Shown here: one piece after another, positions 1-9,543 of the stretch
How positions within the stretch are numbered: position 1 is the first letter of the stretch
Layout of the letters: each line of letters opens with the position of its first letter
NCBI GenBank assembly: GCA_050946395.1
Contig: JBMNUR010000002.1
Span: 1 to 54,547 of the forward strand
Direction: 5' to 3'
Length of the DNA: 54,547 bases
Source of the DNA: Peptococcales bacterium
GTDB lineage: Bacteria; Bacillota; Peptococcia; Peptococcales; BICA1-8
Position numbers and translations under genes: made by a program
Notes under the pieces: generated by a model
Told to the model about the DNA's origin: nothing
Databases searched by the model: none
Seen by the model: the letters and a program-made list of their open reading frames with translations, nothing else

Positions 1-273
1 AGAAGCCATTCTTTCATCATCTAAGTAATTATATCCACGCAGTTTCATAAAATTAATTAAATTCTGTTGTGCATTATCTGGTTTAGCCAAATAGATTTTA
101 GGATACTCTCGAATTTGCACTATTTCTGCATCTGTAAACATTATCTTAGCCAATCCTATTCCACTCATAATGGGATTTGGTGTATCAAATTTATTCATTG
201 AAATAATAATTGATATACTTAATAAAATCACGATCATAACAAAGGTTGTTCCAAAGTTTGTAATTTTTCTCAA
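1..273 (-). CDS. hypothetical membrane-anchored protein, 5' part only (gene runs off window start)
   Basis: Own minus-strand translation. TTG at 273-271 lies 8 nt after GGAGGGG (complement of 282-288). LRKITNFGTTFVMIVILLSISIIISMNKFDTPNP... stays open to position 1. One N-terminal hydrophobic helix. Not in the ORF track. Confidence 0.4.
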   Translation of the reverse strand, partial: MRKITNFGTTFVMIVILLSISIIISMNKFDTPNPIMSGIGLAKIMFTDAEIVQIREYPKIYLAKPDNAQQNLINFMKLRGYNYLDDERMAS

Positions 274-384
274 TCCAGTATCCCCTCCATCAAGTAAACT
301 AGTAATTCACATTTTTTTGCTAAAAAATATGGTGCAATTAAACCTCTAAAGTATAGTCTTTCCAAAAACCTGACGGTGTTTCTT

Positions 385-747
385 TTAAAATGCATCCTTA
401 ATAATTTCAATATGTGGTTCTTTATTACCTTGCCAAAGAATGCCTACAACATCAAATCGGCAATAAATATCCTGTAACCTATTTTTCAACAGATAATATT
501 CCGCAGTTCTGCGTATTTTTTGCTGTTTTTTTCGATTCACAGTCTCTTGAGGAACTCCGTGAACACTATCACTTTTTGACCTAACTTCGATAAAAACTAA
601 AGCATCTTGGTCTTTAGCAATAATATCAATCTCCCCAATTTTACATCTAAAGTTTCTCTCTAGAACTTTATATCCCCCACTCACTAATGTCTCTAAAGCT
701 ATCTTTTCACCCAATTGACCTAAATTTCTAGTAATCAATTTAAACAC
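385..747 (-). CDS. yraN: YraN-family (UPF0102) endonuclease-like protein
   Basis: 120-aa ORF with the GEIDIIA...LVFIEVRS core typical of UPF0102/YraN. Confidence 0.8.
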   Translation of the reverse strand: MFKLITRNLGQLGEKIALETLVSGGYKVLERNFRCKIGEIDIIAKDQDALVFIEVRSKSDSVHGVPQETVNRKKQQKIRRTAEYYLLKNRLQDIYCRFDVVGILWQGNKEPHIEIIKDAF

Positions 748-755
748 TCTTTTCT

Positions 756-1973
756 TTAAATAAATCTAATAAAAAAATTAGTTATTAAACTTGTTACATA
801 CATAACTGGTACAGTTATTCTATATTCTTTGTATAAATCTTTCATAGCTACCCCAAAGTATTCATTTGTTAAAGCCTGACAAAGATGAATAGGTGAAATG
901 AAATAAGTTGCATAGCCCATTGTATAAATTAAAGTGGCAGTTGGTATTAATTGTTCCTGCGGAACAATTGGTAAAATTAACGGGTACATCAGTCCGATTA
1001 CTACAGTTAAATTTGCCGCTACATAGCTAGCAATAATAGTCATTAAAATAATGATTACTTCTAAAGGTATTCCCAAGTTAATAATTTGTTCAAGTAATAT
1101 TTTCAATTCCGGGATGTTTTCGATAAAATTCTTAAAAATCATTACTCCCGCGGCGGCGATAATTAAAGGCATGCCTTTTTTGTTAAAAATTATGTTACTT
1201 AGTGGAGTTTTTTTAACCCGAATTATGTAGGCAAGTATTGAACCCGCCAATAAAGCGAGATATGAAGGGATAAAAAAAACGAGAAAAACACATATAAGAA
1301 TGGGTGAAGTATATAAAAAGGCCTTTAAAAACGTATCTAACTCAAATTCGTCATTTTCTACTTTTTCTTCCTCTAAATCAGAAAATTTTCTCAGAGGATA
1401 TAAGTAAACTAAGTAGGCGGTAGTTAAACAAATAATTGAAATTGGGGCCTGGGCAATAACTAACTTTTTAATCGGAATATTACTTATAAATGAAGCATTT
1501 ATTAAATTCACGGAAACAGGCAAGATGAAATACCAGGCATGTCGAACATAAAGATTGATAGCTGCTTTTTTTGCGGCACTAATTCCTACCCGATTACCCA
1601 AACCATCAATAATAGGTGCGGCAATAATAGCCGCTCCGGAAGCAGTAAATGTTGACAATAACGAAGGAATAATAAATAAAAGTGCATCAATTCTTTTGAA
1701 AGCCTTTTCCAGATATTCGACCATCAAATTCATTATTCCATATTCGCTCATCATAGAACTTAAGATATTAACCAAAGTTACCGTCGCTATTAGTTGGATA
1801 GTATTTTTTTGCGTAAAAGTTTCCAATATAGTCATCATAATCTCTAGAGGTGTAAAACCGGCAAAAATAGCTAATACTACACCACCCAAAGTTACCGCTA
1901 AACCGATAGATATGTTTCTTTTGACTTGCCATAATATTAGGGAAAATGCAAAAACTAAGCCAAATACCAACAA
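756..1973 (-). CDS. polytopic membrane protein, probable permease (DUF401-like)
   Basis: About 405 aa with many hydrophobic segments. The ORF-track start at 1988 (TTG) lies inside a GAGGTG that fits better as the SD for TTG at 1973. Family name is from memory only. Confidence 0.55.
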   Translation of the reverse strand: MLVFGLVFAFSLILWQVKRNISIGLAVTLGGVVLAIFAGFTPLEIMMTILETFTQKNTIQLIATVTLVNILSSMMSEYGIMNLMVEYLEKAFKRIDALLFIIPSLLSTFTASGAAIIAAPIIDGLGNRVGISAAKKAAINLYVRHAWYFILPVSVNLINASFISNIPIKKLVIAQAPISIICLTTAYLVYLYPLRKFSDLEEEKVENDEFELDTFLKAFLYTSPILICVFLVFFIPSYLALLAGSILAYIIRVKKTPLSNIIFNKKGMPLIIAAAGVMIFKNFIENIPELKILLEQIINLGIPLEVIIILMTIIASYVAANLTVVIGLMYPLILPIVPQEQLIPTATLIYTMGYATYFISPIHLCQALTNEYFGVAMKDLYKEYRITVPVMYVTSLITNFFIRFI

Positions 1974-2119
1974 GTTTTGACACCTCAACTACTATACTTT
2001 TAAATAATTTAATATTACAGTCTATACTTTCATTATTGCTCACAGCATATCCTGCTTTAATCATCTTTATTTTATATTATTATTTAATAATAAAAATTTT
2101 CTAGTTTATAACATTGGTT

Positions 2120-2153
2120 AAAAAATAAATGCCCCAGCCTATAAAGACTGGAG
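2120..2153 (-). terminator. rho-independent terminator after livF
   Basis: Minus-sense CUCCAG-N10-CUGGGG (one G.U pair) followed by CAUUUAUUUUUU, 10 nt after the livF stop. Confidence 0.6.
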
Positions 2154-2163
2154 CAAACAAAAG

Positions 2164-2868
2164 CTATAATCCTAAATATGCCTTTTCCACTTCCGGATTC
2201 CTTAATAATTCTTGTCCTGATCCACTTAATACTATTTCTCCTAGTTCAATAACATAACCTTGATGAGCACTATTTAAGGCCAAAGTAGCATTTTGTTCCA
2301 CAAGTAAGATGGTTTTACCCATACTCTGGATTTTATGAATAATCTTAAAGACCTCTTCAACTATTATTGGTGCTAAACCCATAGATGGCTCATCCATGAG
2401 TATTAGTTGGGGATTCCCCATCAAAGATCGACCAATTGCCAGCATCTGCTGTTCTCCTCCCGACATTGTTCCTGCCAACTGTTTATATCTATCCTTTAAT
2501 ACTGGAAAGAGATCTAATATCCATTCTAAATCCTTTTTGATACCAACTTTATCCTTACGGGTATAGGCTCCCATCTCTAGATTCTCCATTACGGTCATTT
2601 GGGGAAAAATATGTCTCCCTTCAGGTATTAAAGATAGCCCCATTTGAACAATTTCCGGCGTATTTAAATTAGAAATATCTTTACCCTGCCAGGTAATACT
2701 TCCTTCAAGAGTTTTAACCACGCCCATTATACAATTTAAAGTGGTTGTTTTACCTGCTCCATTACCACCTATGAGTGTTGTTATTTTGCCTTCTTCAGCG
2801 ACTAATGATACCCCGTGAAGTACCTTAGTAGGCCCATAGCTAGCACATACTCCTTTAACTTCCAGCAT
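2164..2868 (-). CDS. livF: branched-chain amino acid-type ABC transporter ATP-binding protein (LivF family)
   Basis: Walker A GGNGAGKTT, signature SGGEQQ, Walker B LILMDEPS. Confidence 0.9.
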   Translation of the reverse strand: MLEVKGVCASYGPTKVLHGVSLVAEEGKITTLIGGNGAGKTTTLNCIMGVVKTLEGSITWQGKDISNLNTPEIVQMGLSLIPEGRHIFPQMTVMENLEMGAYTRKDKVGIKKDLEWILDLFPVLKDRYKQLAGTMSGGEQQMLAIGRSLMGNPQLILMDEPSMGLAPIIVEEVFKIIHKIQSMGKTILLVEQNATLALNSAHQGYVIELGEIVLSGSGQELLRNPEVEKAYLGL

Positions 2869-2870
2869 GC

Positions 2871-3647
2871 TTAATTTTCACCCTTTCCCAGATAAGCACT
2901 TATTACATTTGGATTATTGCGAACTTCCTCCGGTTTCCCTTGGGCAATTACCTTTCCATGGTCAAGAACGGAAATTGTGTCACAAATATTCATAACTAGC
3001 TTCATGTCATGTTCAATTAAAATAAGTGTGTACCCTTTTTCTCGTAGCCTAGCAACGATATTTAATAGGTTTGTTTTTTCTGTGGGATTCATACCCGCAG
3101 CCGGCTCATCAAGTAAAATTATTTTAGGTTGAGCTGCTAAAGCCCTAGCAAATTCTACTAACCTTTGCTGGCCATAGGATAGGTTTTTTACTGTTTCGTG
3201 TATTTTCCCTTCCAACCCCATAAATCTCAAAGCTTCTACTGCCTTGTCTTTAGCTATTTGTTCCCATTTCCGCGATTTTTTCCCATTAATCATAATGGAA
3301 AAAATGGGAGTTGGTGTATGCACATGCTGCCCAATTAATACATTATCTAAGACAGACATTTCCTTGAAAAGCCTTATATTCTGGAAGGTACGAGCAATGC
3401 CTAAAGGAACCAGCTGATGTGGTTTAATAAATGGCAACTTTTCACCTTCAAGAGTCAGAGTACCTGTATCAGGTTTTATTAACCCAGTAATAACATTAAA
3501 TAAAGTTGTTTTTCCCGCCCCATTGGGGCCGATTATCCCATGAACAGTATTGCCGTTTACTTCAATATTGATATTATCTAAAGCTTGCAATCCACCAAAC
3601 CGTTTAGATATTCCATTTATCGCCAAGATGTTTAATCTATCAGCCAT
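2871..3647 (-). CDS. livG: branched-chain amino acid-type ABC transporter ATP-binding protein (LivG family)
   Basis: GPNGAGKTT, LSYGQQR, ILLDEPAAG. Start moved to ATG 3647 (GGAGTGA + 5 nt); the track's GTG at 3656 is part of the SD. Confidence 0.9.
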   Translation of the reverse strand: MADRLNILAINGISKRFGGLQALDNINIEVNGNTVHGIIGPNGAGKTTLFNVITGLIKPDTGTLTLEGEKLPFIKPHQLVPLGIARTFQNIRLFKEMSVLDNVLIGQHVHTPTPIFSIMINGKKSRKWEQIAKDKAVEALRFMGLEGKIHETVKNLSYGQQRLVEFARALAAQPKIILLDEPAAGMNPTEKTNLLNIVARLREKGYTLILIEHDMKLVMNICDTISVLDHGKVIAQGKPEEVRNNPNVISAYLGKGEN

Positions 3648-3704
3648 AATAATCACTCCAAGTTTTCATTGAATGAGACTTCATTTAGGGGCCTCTATTG
3701 AATC

Positions 3705-4643
3705 TTATTTATTCATATTTCTATTTCGTAAATTATCTATAATTCCAACTAAACCCCGAGGCATATAAATTACAGTAAAGATCAGAATAAATCCATATAC
3801 TATTAATCTTGTACCTTGAAACACCCGTAAAGCTTCTGAAATAAAAGTTAAAACAAAGGCACCAATAATGCCACCAAATATTGTCCTATTACCTCCTATT
3901 ACTGACATGGATAAAAAAGCAACTGAATCATCAAAGGTAAAGTTATCAGGGCTAGCGACACCGGAAAAAGCTCCGAATATTCCTCCTGCCAAACCAGCAA
4001 ACATAGCACTAATTACAAAAGCGGAAATTTTGTAATAATTAACTGGTACCCCCATTGCTTCGGCTGCTAAGTCATCTTCTCTAATTGCTGAAAATGTTCT
4101 ACCTATTTTCGATTTAGCTAGGCGCGTAGCAATATAGGTACCCAAGGCTACAAAAGCTAATATTAAATAATAAAAGTGCTGTTCGGAGGTTATATTTAAA
4201 CTGAAAAGCTGAGGGTAAGGTATACCGGTAAGACCAGCAGCTCCTTTAGTAACAGGAGTCCAGTTTAGAAGGATCAATCTTGTAATTTCACCAAAACCTA
4301 CAGTAGCTAGTACTAAGTAGGGCCCTGTTAATTTCATAGCAGGAATACCGATAATGAGACCACAAATAGCAGCGGCTATTATGCCAAAAATTATTGCAAT
4401 CCAAAAGGATAATTTAAGATTCATCATTAGAAGTGCTGAGACATATGTGCCTACGGCAAAAAAACCAGCTTGTCCCATAGATGTTTGGCCTGTATAACCA
4501 CTTAAAAGATTTAAGCCTATTGTTATTAAGGTATAAATGCCAGCTAAATTAATAATGTGTAAATAATAAAGGTTTTTAATAAACAGTGGGACACTTAAAA
4601 TTAGTGCAAATATTAACGCATAGAAAAAATACTTTTTGTTCAT
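3705..4643 (-). CDS. livM: LIV-type ABC transporter permease (LivM family)
   Basis: 312-aa polytopic protein placed between the LivH-like permease and LivG. SD GGTGGTG lies 5 nt upstream. Confidence 0.85.
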   Translation of the reverse strand: MNKKYFFYALIFALILSVPLFIKNLYYLHIINLAGIYTLITIGLNLLSGYTGQTSMGQAGFFAVGTYVSALLMMNLKLSFWIAIIFGIIAAAICGLIIGIPAMKLTGPYLVLATVGFGEITRLILLNWTPVTKGAAGLTGIPYPQLFSLNITSEQHFYYLILAFVALGTYIATRLAKSKIGRTFSAIREDDLAAEAMGVPVNYYKISAFVISAMFAGLAGGIFGAFSGVASPDNFTFDDSVAFLSMSVIGGNRTIFGGIIGAFVLTFISEALRVFQGTRLIVYGFILIFTVIYMPRGLVGIIDNLRNRNMNK

Positions 4644-4660
4644 TTTAGCACCACCATAAA

Positions 4661-5554
4661 CTATACTTTTTGTCTATTTTTTCTTAAAAATAAACCAGCC
4701 GGTTTTAGCCATAAAACGATTATCAATAAAGCAAAGGTAATGGCATCACGATATCCGGAACTTATTTTACCACCTGCTACCGCCTCAACAATTCCAAGGA
4801 AAAAACCTCCTGCAATTGCGCCTGGAACAGAGCCTAGCCCACCAATAACTGCTGCCACAAATCCTTTCAAGCCTATGCCTGCTCCCATATTAAAGGTAAC
4901 AAAGAAAATAGGGGCTATCAGAATCCCTGCCGCCGCGCCTAATGCAGCACTTATAGCAAAAGCCACAGCATCAGATCGTTCTGTGTTGATACCCATAAGA
5001 ACAGACGCGTAACGATCCTGGGCAACAGCTCGTAAGGCCTTGCCTTCTTTAGTCTGTTTGAGGAGATATTGAAAAATGATCATTAAAGCAATACCAATTA
5101 CAACTATCATGATGTCTTGAGGGGTAATGCTTAAAATACCTAAGTTTATCGGCTTAGTACTGACAGGTGAAGGGAACAGTTGAGCATCTGGTCCCCAAAT
5201 CAGCAAAGCTAAATTTCTAGTAATAATAGCTGCACCTAAAGTAGCGATAATTACATTAATAGGTGGTGCTTTTCTTTGACGAAGTGGCCTTAAAATTAGA
5301 AACTGAATTAATATCCCCACTAAAGCTACTACACCCATAGAAATAAATAACGCTGGCGTAAATCCTAAATGTAATACTTGATAAATGGTAAAGCCTATAT
5401 ATGCCCCCAACATAACCATATCACCCTGTGACCAGTTAAGCACACCAGAAGCAGCATAGATTAAACTATAACTTAAAGCCACTAAAGCATATATTGCGCC
5501 AATGGGTAAACCATTAAGAATATATTGCAGCAAACTTAACACTTCCTTTGCCAT
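4661..5554 (-). CDS. livH: LIV-type ABC transporter permease (LivH family)
   Basis: N-terminus LLQYILNGLPIGAIYALVALSYSLIY matches LivH-type starts. The internal ATG at 5554 is preferred over the track start at 5599, but neither has a strong SD. Confidence 0.8.
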   Translation of the reverse strand: MAKEVLSLLQYILNGLPIGAIYALVALSYSLIYAASGVLNWSQGDMVMLGAYIGFTIYQVLHLGFTPALFISMGVVALVGILIQFLILRPLRQRKAPPINVIIATLGAAIITRNLALLIWGPDAQLFPSPVSTKPINLGILSITPQDIMIVVIGIALMIIFQYLLKQTKEGKALRAVAQDRYASVLMGINTERSDAVAFAISAALGAAAGILIAPIFFVTFNMGAGIGLKGFVAAVIGGLGSVPGAIAGGFFLGIVEAVAGGKISSGYRDAITFALLIIVLWLKPAGLFLRKNRQKV

Positions 5555-5618
5555 GTTTTCTAAAGGAATGCCGATTCCCAATCTAGAGGGTATCGGCATT
5601 CAAAAATTAACTTACCTG

Positions 5619-6785
5619 CTATTTTGTTTCTACGGCTGTAATAAGTTCAAATTTATCCCCTTTAATAGTAGTAATTAATAATCTTTTTCCTATATCATCA
5701 CCTTGTTCGTTAAACGCGGGATCCCCTGTAACCAATTCTAATCCTGAAGTACTTCTAATGGCATCCCGTAAAGCTTCAGGCTTATTGCTATCAGCCTTTT
5801 TAACTGCATCAGCTATAATATATACTGAATCATAGGCTTGAGCACCGTGAGGAATAGGACTTTCATTATATTTTTCTTTATATTTCTGAACAAACTCTTT
5901 TACCTTTGGAAGTTCGGCATCAGGTAAGAAAGTTTGGGTCAAGATTAGACCTTGAGCTGCTTCTCCACCTAATTCAATCAGTTTTTGGGCGGCCATACCA
6001 CTAGCCCCAAAAAGCTGAGCATCAATACCTAATTGCCTCGCTTGATTACTAATTAAAGCTGCTTCTGTGTAAAGCCCCCACATAAATATCGCTTGTGCTC
6101 CACTATCCTTAATAGTTAATAACTGAGGTTTAAAGTCTTTATCACCGTTATTGTAGATGGACTCAACAACTAAATCTAAACCATATTTTTCGGCAGCAGT
6201 TTTTAAGAGTTTAGCACCACTTTGCCCGTAATCATCGGAGGCAGTAAAGGTGGCAATTTTAGAAAAGCCTAGTTCATCTTTTGCATATTTTACAAGAGCA
6301 TCCGCTTGGAAACCATCATTAACAGCTGTCCGGAAGATCCATTGATTTCCTTGTTCGGTAATTGATGAGCCGGTAGAACCTGCGGTAATTTGGGGGATAC
6401 CCGCTCTCTCGGTAACAACCATATCTGCAAGTGTTGCTGAACTATTAATAGCTGCAATAATTATATTGGCACCGGATTGTTGAATCAATTTATTTGTTGC
6501 ACTAGAAGATTTAGTGGGATTACCTTCATCATCTTCAAAAAAAGCTTCGATTTTCCAATCACCGGCTAGTTTTTTTTCATTAATTTCAGCAACTGCTAAT
6601 TCGACAGCCTTACGCTGACCTTGTCCTAATTGCGCTGACCCGCCCGATTCAGGTCCAACAACACCAATTTTTAGAACTTTTTCTTGAGTAGTTTCTTCTT
6701 TTCCACCACAACCAACTAAAGTGAAAACACTAAATACAAAAATAAATAGAATAAATAATGATAACTTCTTTCTGTTACTACGCAT
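5619..6785 (-). CDS. LIV-type periplasmic substrate-binding lipoprotein
   Basis: Signal peptide with lipobox LVGC. Type I periplasmic-binding-protein-like sequence. ATG 6785 lies 7 nt after GGAGGGG. Confidence 0.85.
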   Translation of the reverse strand: MRSNRKKLSLFILFIFVFSVFTLVGCGGKEETTQEKVLKIGVVGPESGGSAQLGQGQRKAVELAVAEINEKKLAGDWKIEAFFEDDEGNPTKSSSATNKLIQQSGANIIIAAINSSATLADMVVTERAGIPQITAGSTGSSITEQGNQWIFRTAVNDGFQADALVKYAKDELGFSKIATFTASDDYGQSGAKLLKTAAEKYGLDLVVESIYNNGDKDFKPQLLTIKDSGAQAIFMWGLYTEAALISNQARQLGIDAQLFGASGMAAQKLIELGGEAAQGLILTQTFLPDAELPKVKEFVQKYKEKYNESPIPHGAQAYDSVYIIADAVKKADSNKPEALRDAIRSTSGLELVTGDPAFNEQGDDIGKRLLITTIKGDKFELITAVETK

Positions 6786-6866
6786 GTAAAGCCCCTCCAT
6801 TTTTTAGAATAAAGATTTTCAAAACTGTAGTATATTGACTTATTTTTTGAGTAAACTTCTCCCTCC

Positions 6867-7634
6867 TTAAATATTTTTTAACTGTTCTATCACCTGCACT
6901 AAATTATTTACAAGATAATTATGATAAAGTTCACCTTTTTCGGGGGAACTTTTCGATGGTGATCCGGTAGTTCCGTTCGCTATATCTACCGACTTTTGCA
7001 TATCCCTTATAGTACTTGGCACATAGCAAAGTGTATCACCTGGATAGGCAGGGTCAACGGAATAAAGATGATGCTTTTCGGGAGGATTATCCTGTGCCTT
7101 ATCCAAATGCACAAGCTGTGGGTGTTTATAAAGCATATGGGATGTTTCAATTTCCTCTGCATGTCCAACGGGCCCATATCCTAATTGGGGAATTATTTCT
7201 TTAGACATGTAGGCTGGGTCAAATAAAACCACTTTTACCCCTAAAAGCCTTTGAGCCCTTTCAGCAGAAATTTGCATCCATGGAATGTTTACAATTCTAT
7301 GCCCATTAATTACTACAAACTTCTTAAATCCATGATCTTTCAAGGAATTTATCACATCATATAATAATTCAATAAGTACTTCAGGTCGGATAGTAATTGT
7401 ACCTGTTAAAACCATATGGTGAGGGCTCCATCCAAACCATAAAGGTGGAGCAACTAGAATACCGGTTTTTTTTGCGGCATCTTCTGCTAGCATTTTAGCT
7501 ACAATTGTATCGGTACCTAAAGGTAAATGACTGCCATGTTGCTCGGTACTACCTATTGGTATAATAATAGTATCTAAACCTTTATTTCTAAGTTCTACTA
7601 CTTCATCAAAACTTTTATTTTGTAACCATACACT
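6867..7634 (-). CDS. creatininase-family amidohydrolase
   Basis: IIPIGSTEQHGSHLPLGTD metal-binding motif of the creatininase family. GTG 7634 lies 9 nt after AAAGGAG. First gene of the LIV operon. Confidence 0.8.
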   Translation of the reverse strand, partial: SVWLQNKSFDEVVELRNKGLDTIIIPIGSTEQHGSHLPLGTDTIVAKMLAEDAAKKTGILVAPPLWFGWSPHHMVLTGTITIRPEVLIELLYDVINSLKDHGFKKFVVINGHRIVNIPWMQISAERAQRLLGVKVVLFDPAYMSKEIIPQLGYGPVGHAEEIETSHMLYKHPQLVHLDKAQDNPPEKHHLYSVDPAYPGDTLCYVPSTIRDMQKSVDIANGTTGSPSKSSPEKGELYHNYLVNNLVQVIEQLKNI

Positions 7635-7702
7635 CACCTTTTTACACTCCTTTAAATTATGTATTAAATACAATTACAGTGTGACATTTTTTAATATTAG
7701 TT

Positions 7703-7731
7703 ATTGTACTATTTTTGTCCTCCCATGGCAA
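7703..7731 (-). promoter_or_regulatory. sigma-A-type promoter of the creatininase/LIV operon
   Basis: Minus-sense TTGCCA-17 nt-TACAAT (complement of 7726-7731 and 7703-7708). Confidence 0.5.
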
Positions 7732-8017
7732 GCATTTGTATTAAATTTTTAGTACACATATATTTCCTGCTATATTATCACTAAACCAATCAGCCCTAGT
7801 CCCCCGCATTTATTGGCGGCGGGTGTCCAAGGGCGGTTAAGTCCAAAATGGACTATACTAAGGTTCAATAGAGGGCGAAGTCCTACTTAATGAAATCTCG
7901 TTAAATATAAGCTTTACATTACAAGAAATGCGTGCATTTTCGGTTCCCCTGCAAAAGGCAAAGTATATAAATTACTACACTATAAAAAGCATTTAACAAT
8001 CCTTATAAGAAAACTTT

Positions 8018-8080
8018 TTCTTATTCGTTATTACGGAAATTAATAAGCTAAGGTGAAATATAATTTCCTACGAATAAGAA
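8018..8080. repeat. extended stem-loop built from TTATTCGT/ACGAATAA words
   Basis: TTCTTATTCGT (8018-8028) pairs with ACGAATAAGAA (8070-8080). Inner stem GGAAATTA (8035-8042) pairs with TAATTTCC (8061-8068). Confidence 0.6.
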
Positions 8081-8112
8081 AAAATCGCCCCTAAGAATAG
8101 AGGCGATTTTTT
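8079..8112 (-). terminator. rho-independent terminator of the nuo operon
   Basis: Directly after the nuoN stop: AAAAAAUCGCCUCU-loop-AGGGGCGAUUUUUUCUU. Confidence 0.75.
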
Positions 8113-9543
8113 CTAGAAGAATGTTTTAGCAACCTGAGTAGCCAAATTTACCAATGGTGTAGGATAAATCCCTAGAACCAAAGTAACAATGGCTGAGGCT
8201 AGTAGAGTAATCTTTATCGGCATAGATACTTTAATAGGGTTATCTTCTACCGGATCTTTAAAATACATAGCCTTGGCTACTAGTAAATAGTAATAAACAG
8301 ATACCATGCTCATACCTAAAGCTACAAAGACTAACCAAACATAGCCTTGTTCCATAATGGCCTTAAATAGCTGAAACTTACCTACAAAACCTGCTACCGG
8401 GGGTATACCAGCCAAGGAAAGTAAACTTACCAACATAACTGCTGCTAAGAATGGTGACCTTTTCCATAGCCCATTGTAATCTTTAATGTTGTCTCCGCCT
8501 CCATCTTGAGAGAAGGCAGTAACCACACCAAAAGCACCCATATTACAAAAGACATAAATCATTATATAAAACAACGCTGCTGAAACTCCCACTGTAGAAA
8601 AGGCTATTAACCCTAGCAGAATATACCCGGCTTGAGCTACACCAGAGAAAGCTAATAATCTTTTAATATTCTGTTGCGGAATTGCCACAAAATTACCAAG
8701 TACAATTGTTAAAACAGAAATAACAATTATTATCGGCATCCAGAATTCAACATTTCCGGTAAAACCGTGCATAAACACCCGTAAAAATACTCCCAAGGCG
8801 GCACCTTTTGAGGCGACTGATAATAAAGCTGTCACAGGGGTAGGAGCACCCTCATAGACATCTGGTGTCCACATATGAAAAGGTACTGCCGAAACTTTGA
8901 AACCAAAACCACTAATTAAGAAAACAATCCCTAATAAGACAATTGGTGCGATTTCACCCTGCTCAAAATATTTCATTACTCCATCAATAGTAATCGTTTT
9001 GGTGGCACCATAAATAAGTGTCAGACCATAAAGAAGTACTCCTGAGGATATTGCACTCAATAATAAATACTTTATGGCTGCCTCTGAAGCCCGGAAGATG
9101 CGTTTTCCAAATCCCACTAAAACTATAAAGGAAATCGTCATTAATTCCAAAGATACATAAAGAGTGATAAAATCACCTGCGGAAACTAATGCCATCATTC
9201 CCAAGGTAGCGAATAGGACTAAAAAACTAAACTCCCCTAAAAAACCGATAATAAATTTATCCACATATTCCATACCCAAGATTACAGCCATAATTGAAGA
9301 AAGGACAACTAATATTTTCATAAATGAGGCGAATGGATCAACTATATACATACCTTCAAGTAAAGTACCTTCAACTTCAATCATTAGATATAGAACAATT
9401 AGAGTGGCTATTAAACCAAAGATTGCTAAATAAGCTAAACCTTTTTTCTGGTCTTTAGGAACAAGGAGGGAAATAATCAATACTAAAAAAGCAAATCCGG
9501 CAACTAATAGTTCTGGTATGATCAAAGAGAAATTAAAATCCAT
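8113..9543 (-). CDS. nuoN: NADH-quinone oxidoreductase subunit N
   Basis: 476-aa antiporter-like subunit, last gene of the operon. Its start shares 1 nt with the nuoM stop. Confidence 0.9.
   Translation of the reverse strand: MDFNFSLIIPELLVAGFAFLVLIISLLVPKDQKKGLAYLAIFGLIATLIVLYLMIEVEGTLLEGMYIVDPFASFMKILVVLSSIMAVILGMEYVDKFIIGFLGEFSFLVLFATLGMMALVSAGDFITLYVSLELMTISFIVLVGFGKRIFRASEAAIKYLLLSAISSGVLLYGLTLIYGATKTITIDGVMKYFEQGEIAPIVLLGIVFLISGFGFKVSAVPFHMWTPDVYEGAPTPVTALLSVASKGAALGVFLRVFMHGFTGNVEFWMPIIIVISVLTIVLGNFVAIPQQNIKRLLAFSGVAQAGYILLGLIAFSTVGVSAALFYIMIYVFCNMGAFGVVTAFSQDGGGDNIKDYNGLWKRSPFLAAVMLVSLLSLAGIPPVAGFVGKFQLFKAIMEQGYVWLVFVALGMSMVSVYYYLLVAKAMYFKDPVEDNPIKVSMPIKITLLASAIVTLVLGIYPTPLVNLATQVAKTFF

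Noticed and set aside
1555-1980. Antisense ORFs of 60-141 aa inside known genes (e.g. 1555-1980, 4740-5012, 9164-9433, 38482-38850, 39266-39640, 43628-44029, 46376-46702, 49805-50173)
   Set aside because: Each lies fully within a confidently identified gene on the opposite strand, has no SD, and has a low-complexity composition typical of shadow frames.
7674-8112. Riboswitch or T-box leader for the creatininase/LIV operon
   Set aside because: I looked for a T-box (..GGGTGGTACCGCG..) and for ykkC-type boxes (CTAGGGTTCCG, GGTCCGAGAG, ACACGG..GGGA) and found none. No terminator/antiterminator pair precedes the SD. The best promoter lies downstream of the GC-rich patch. A covariance-model search could overturn this.
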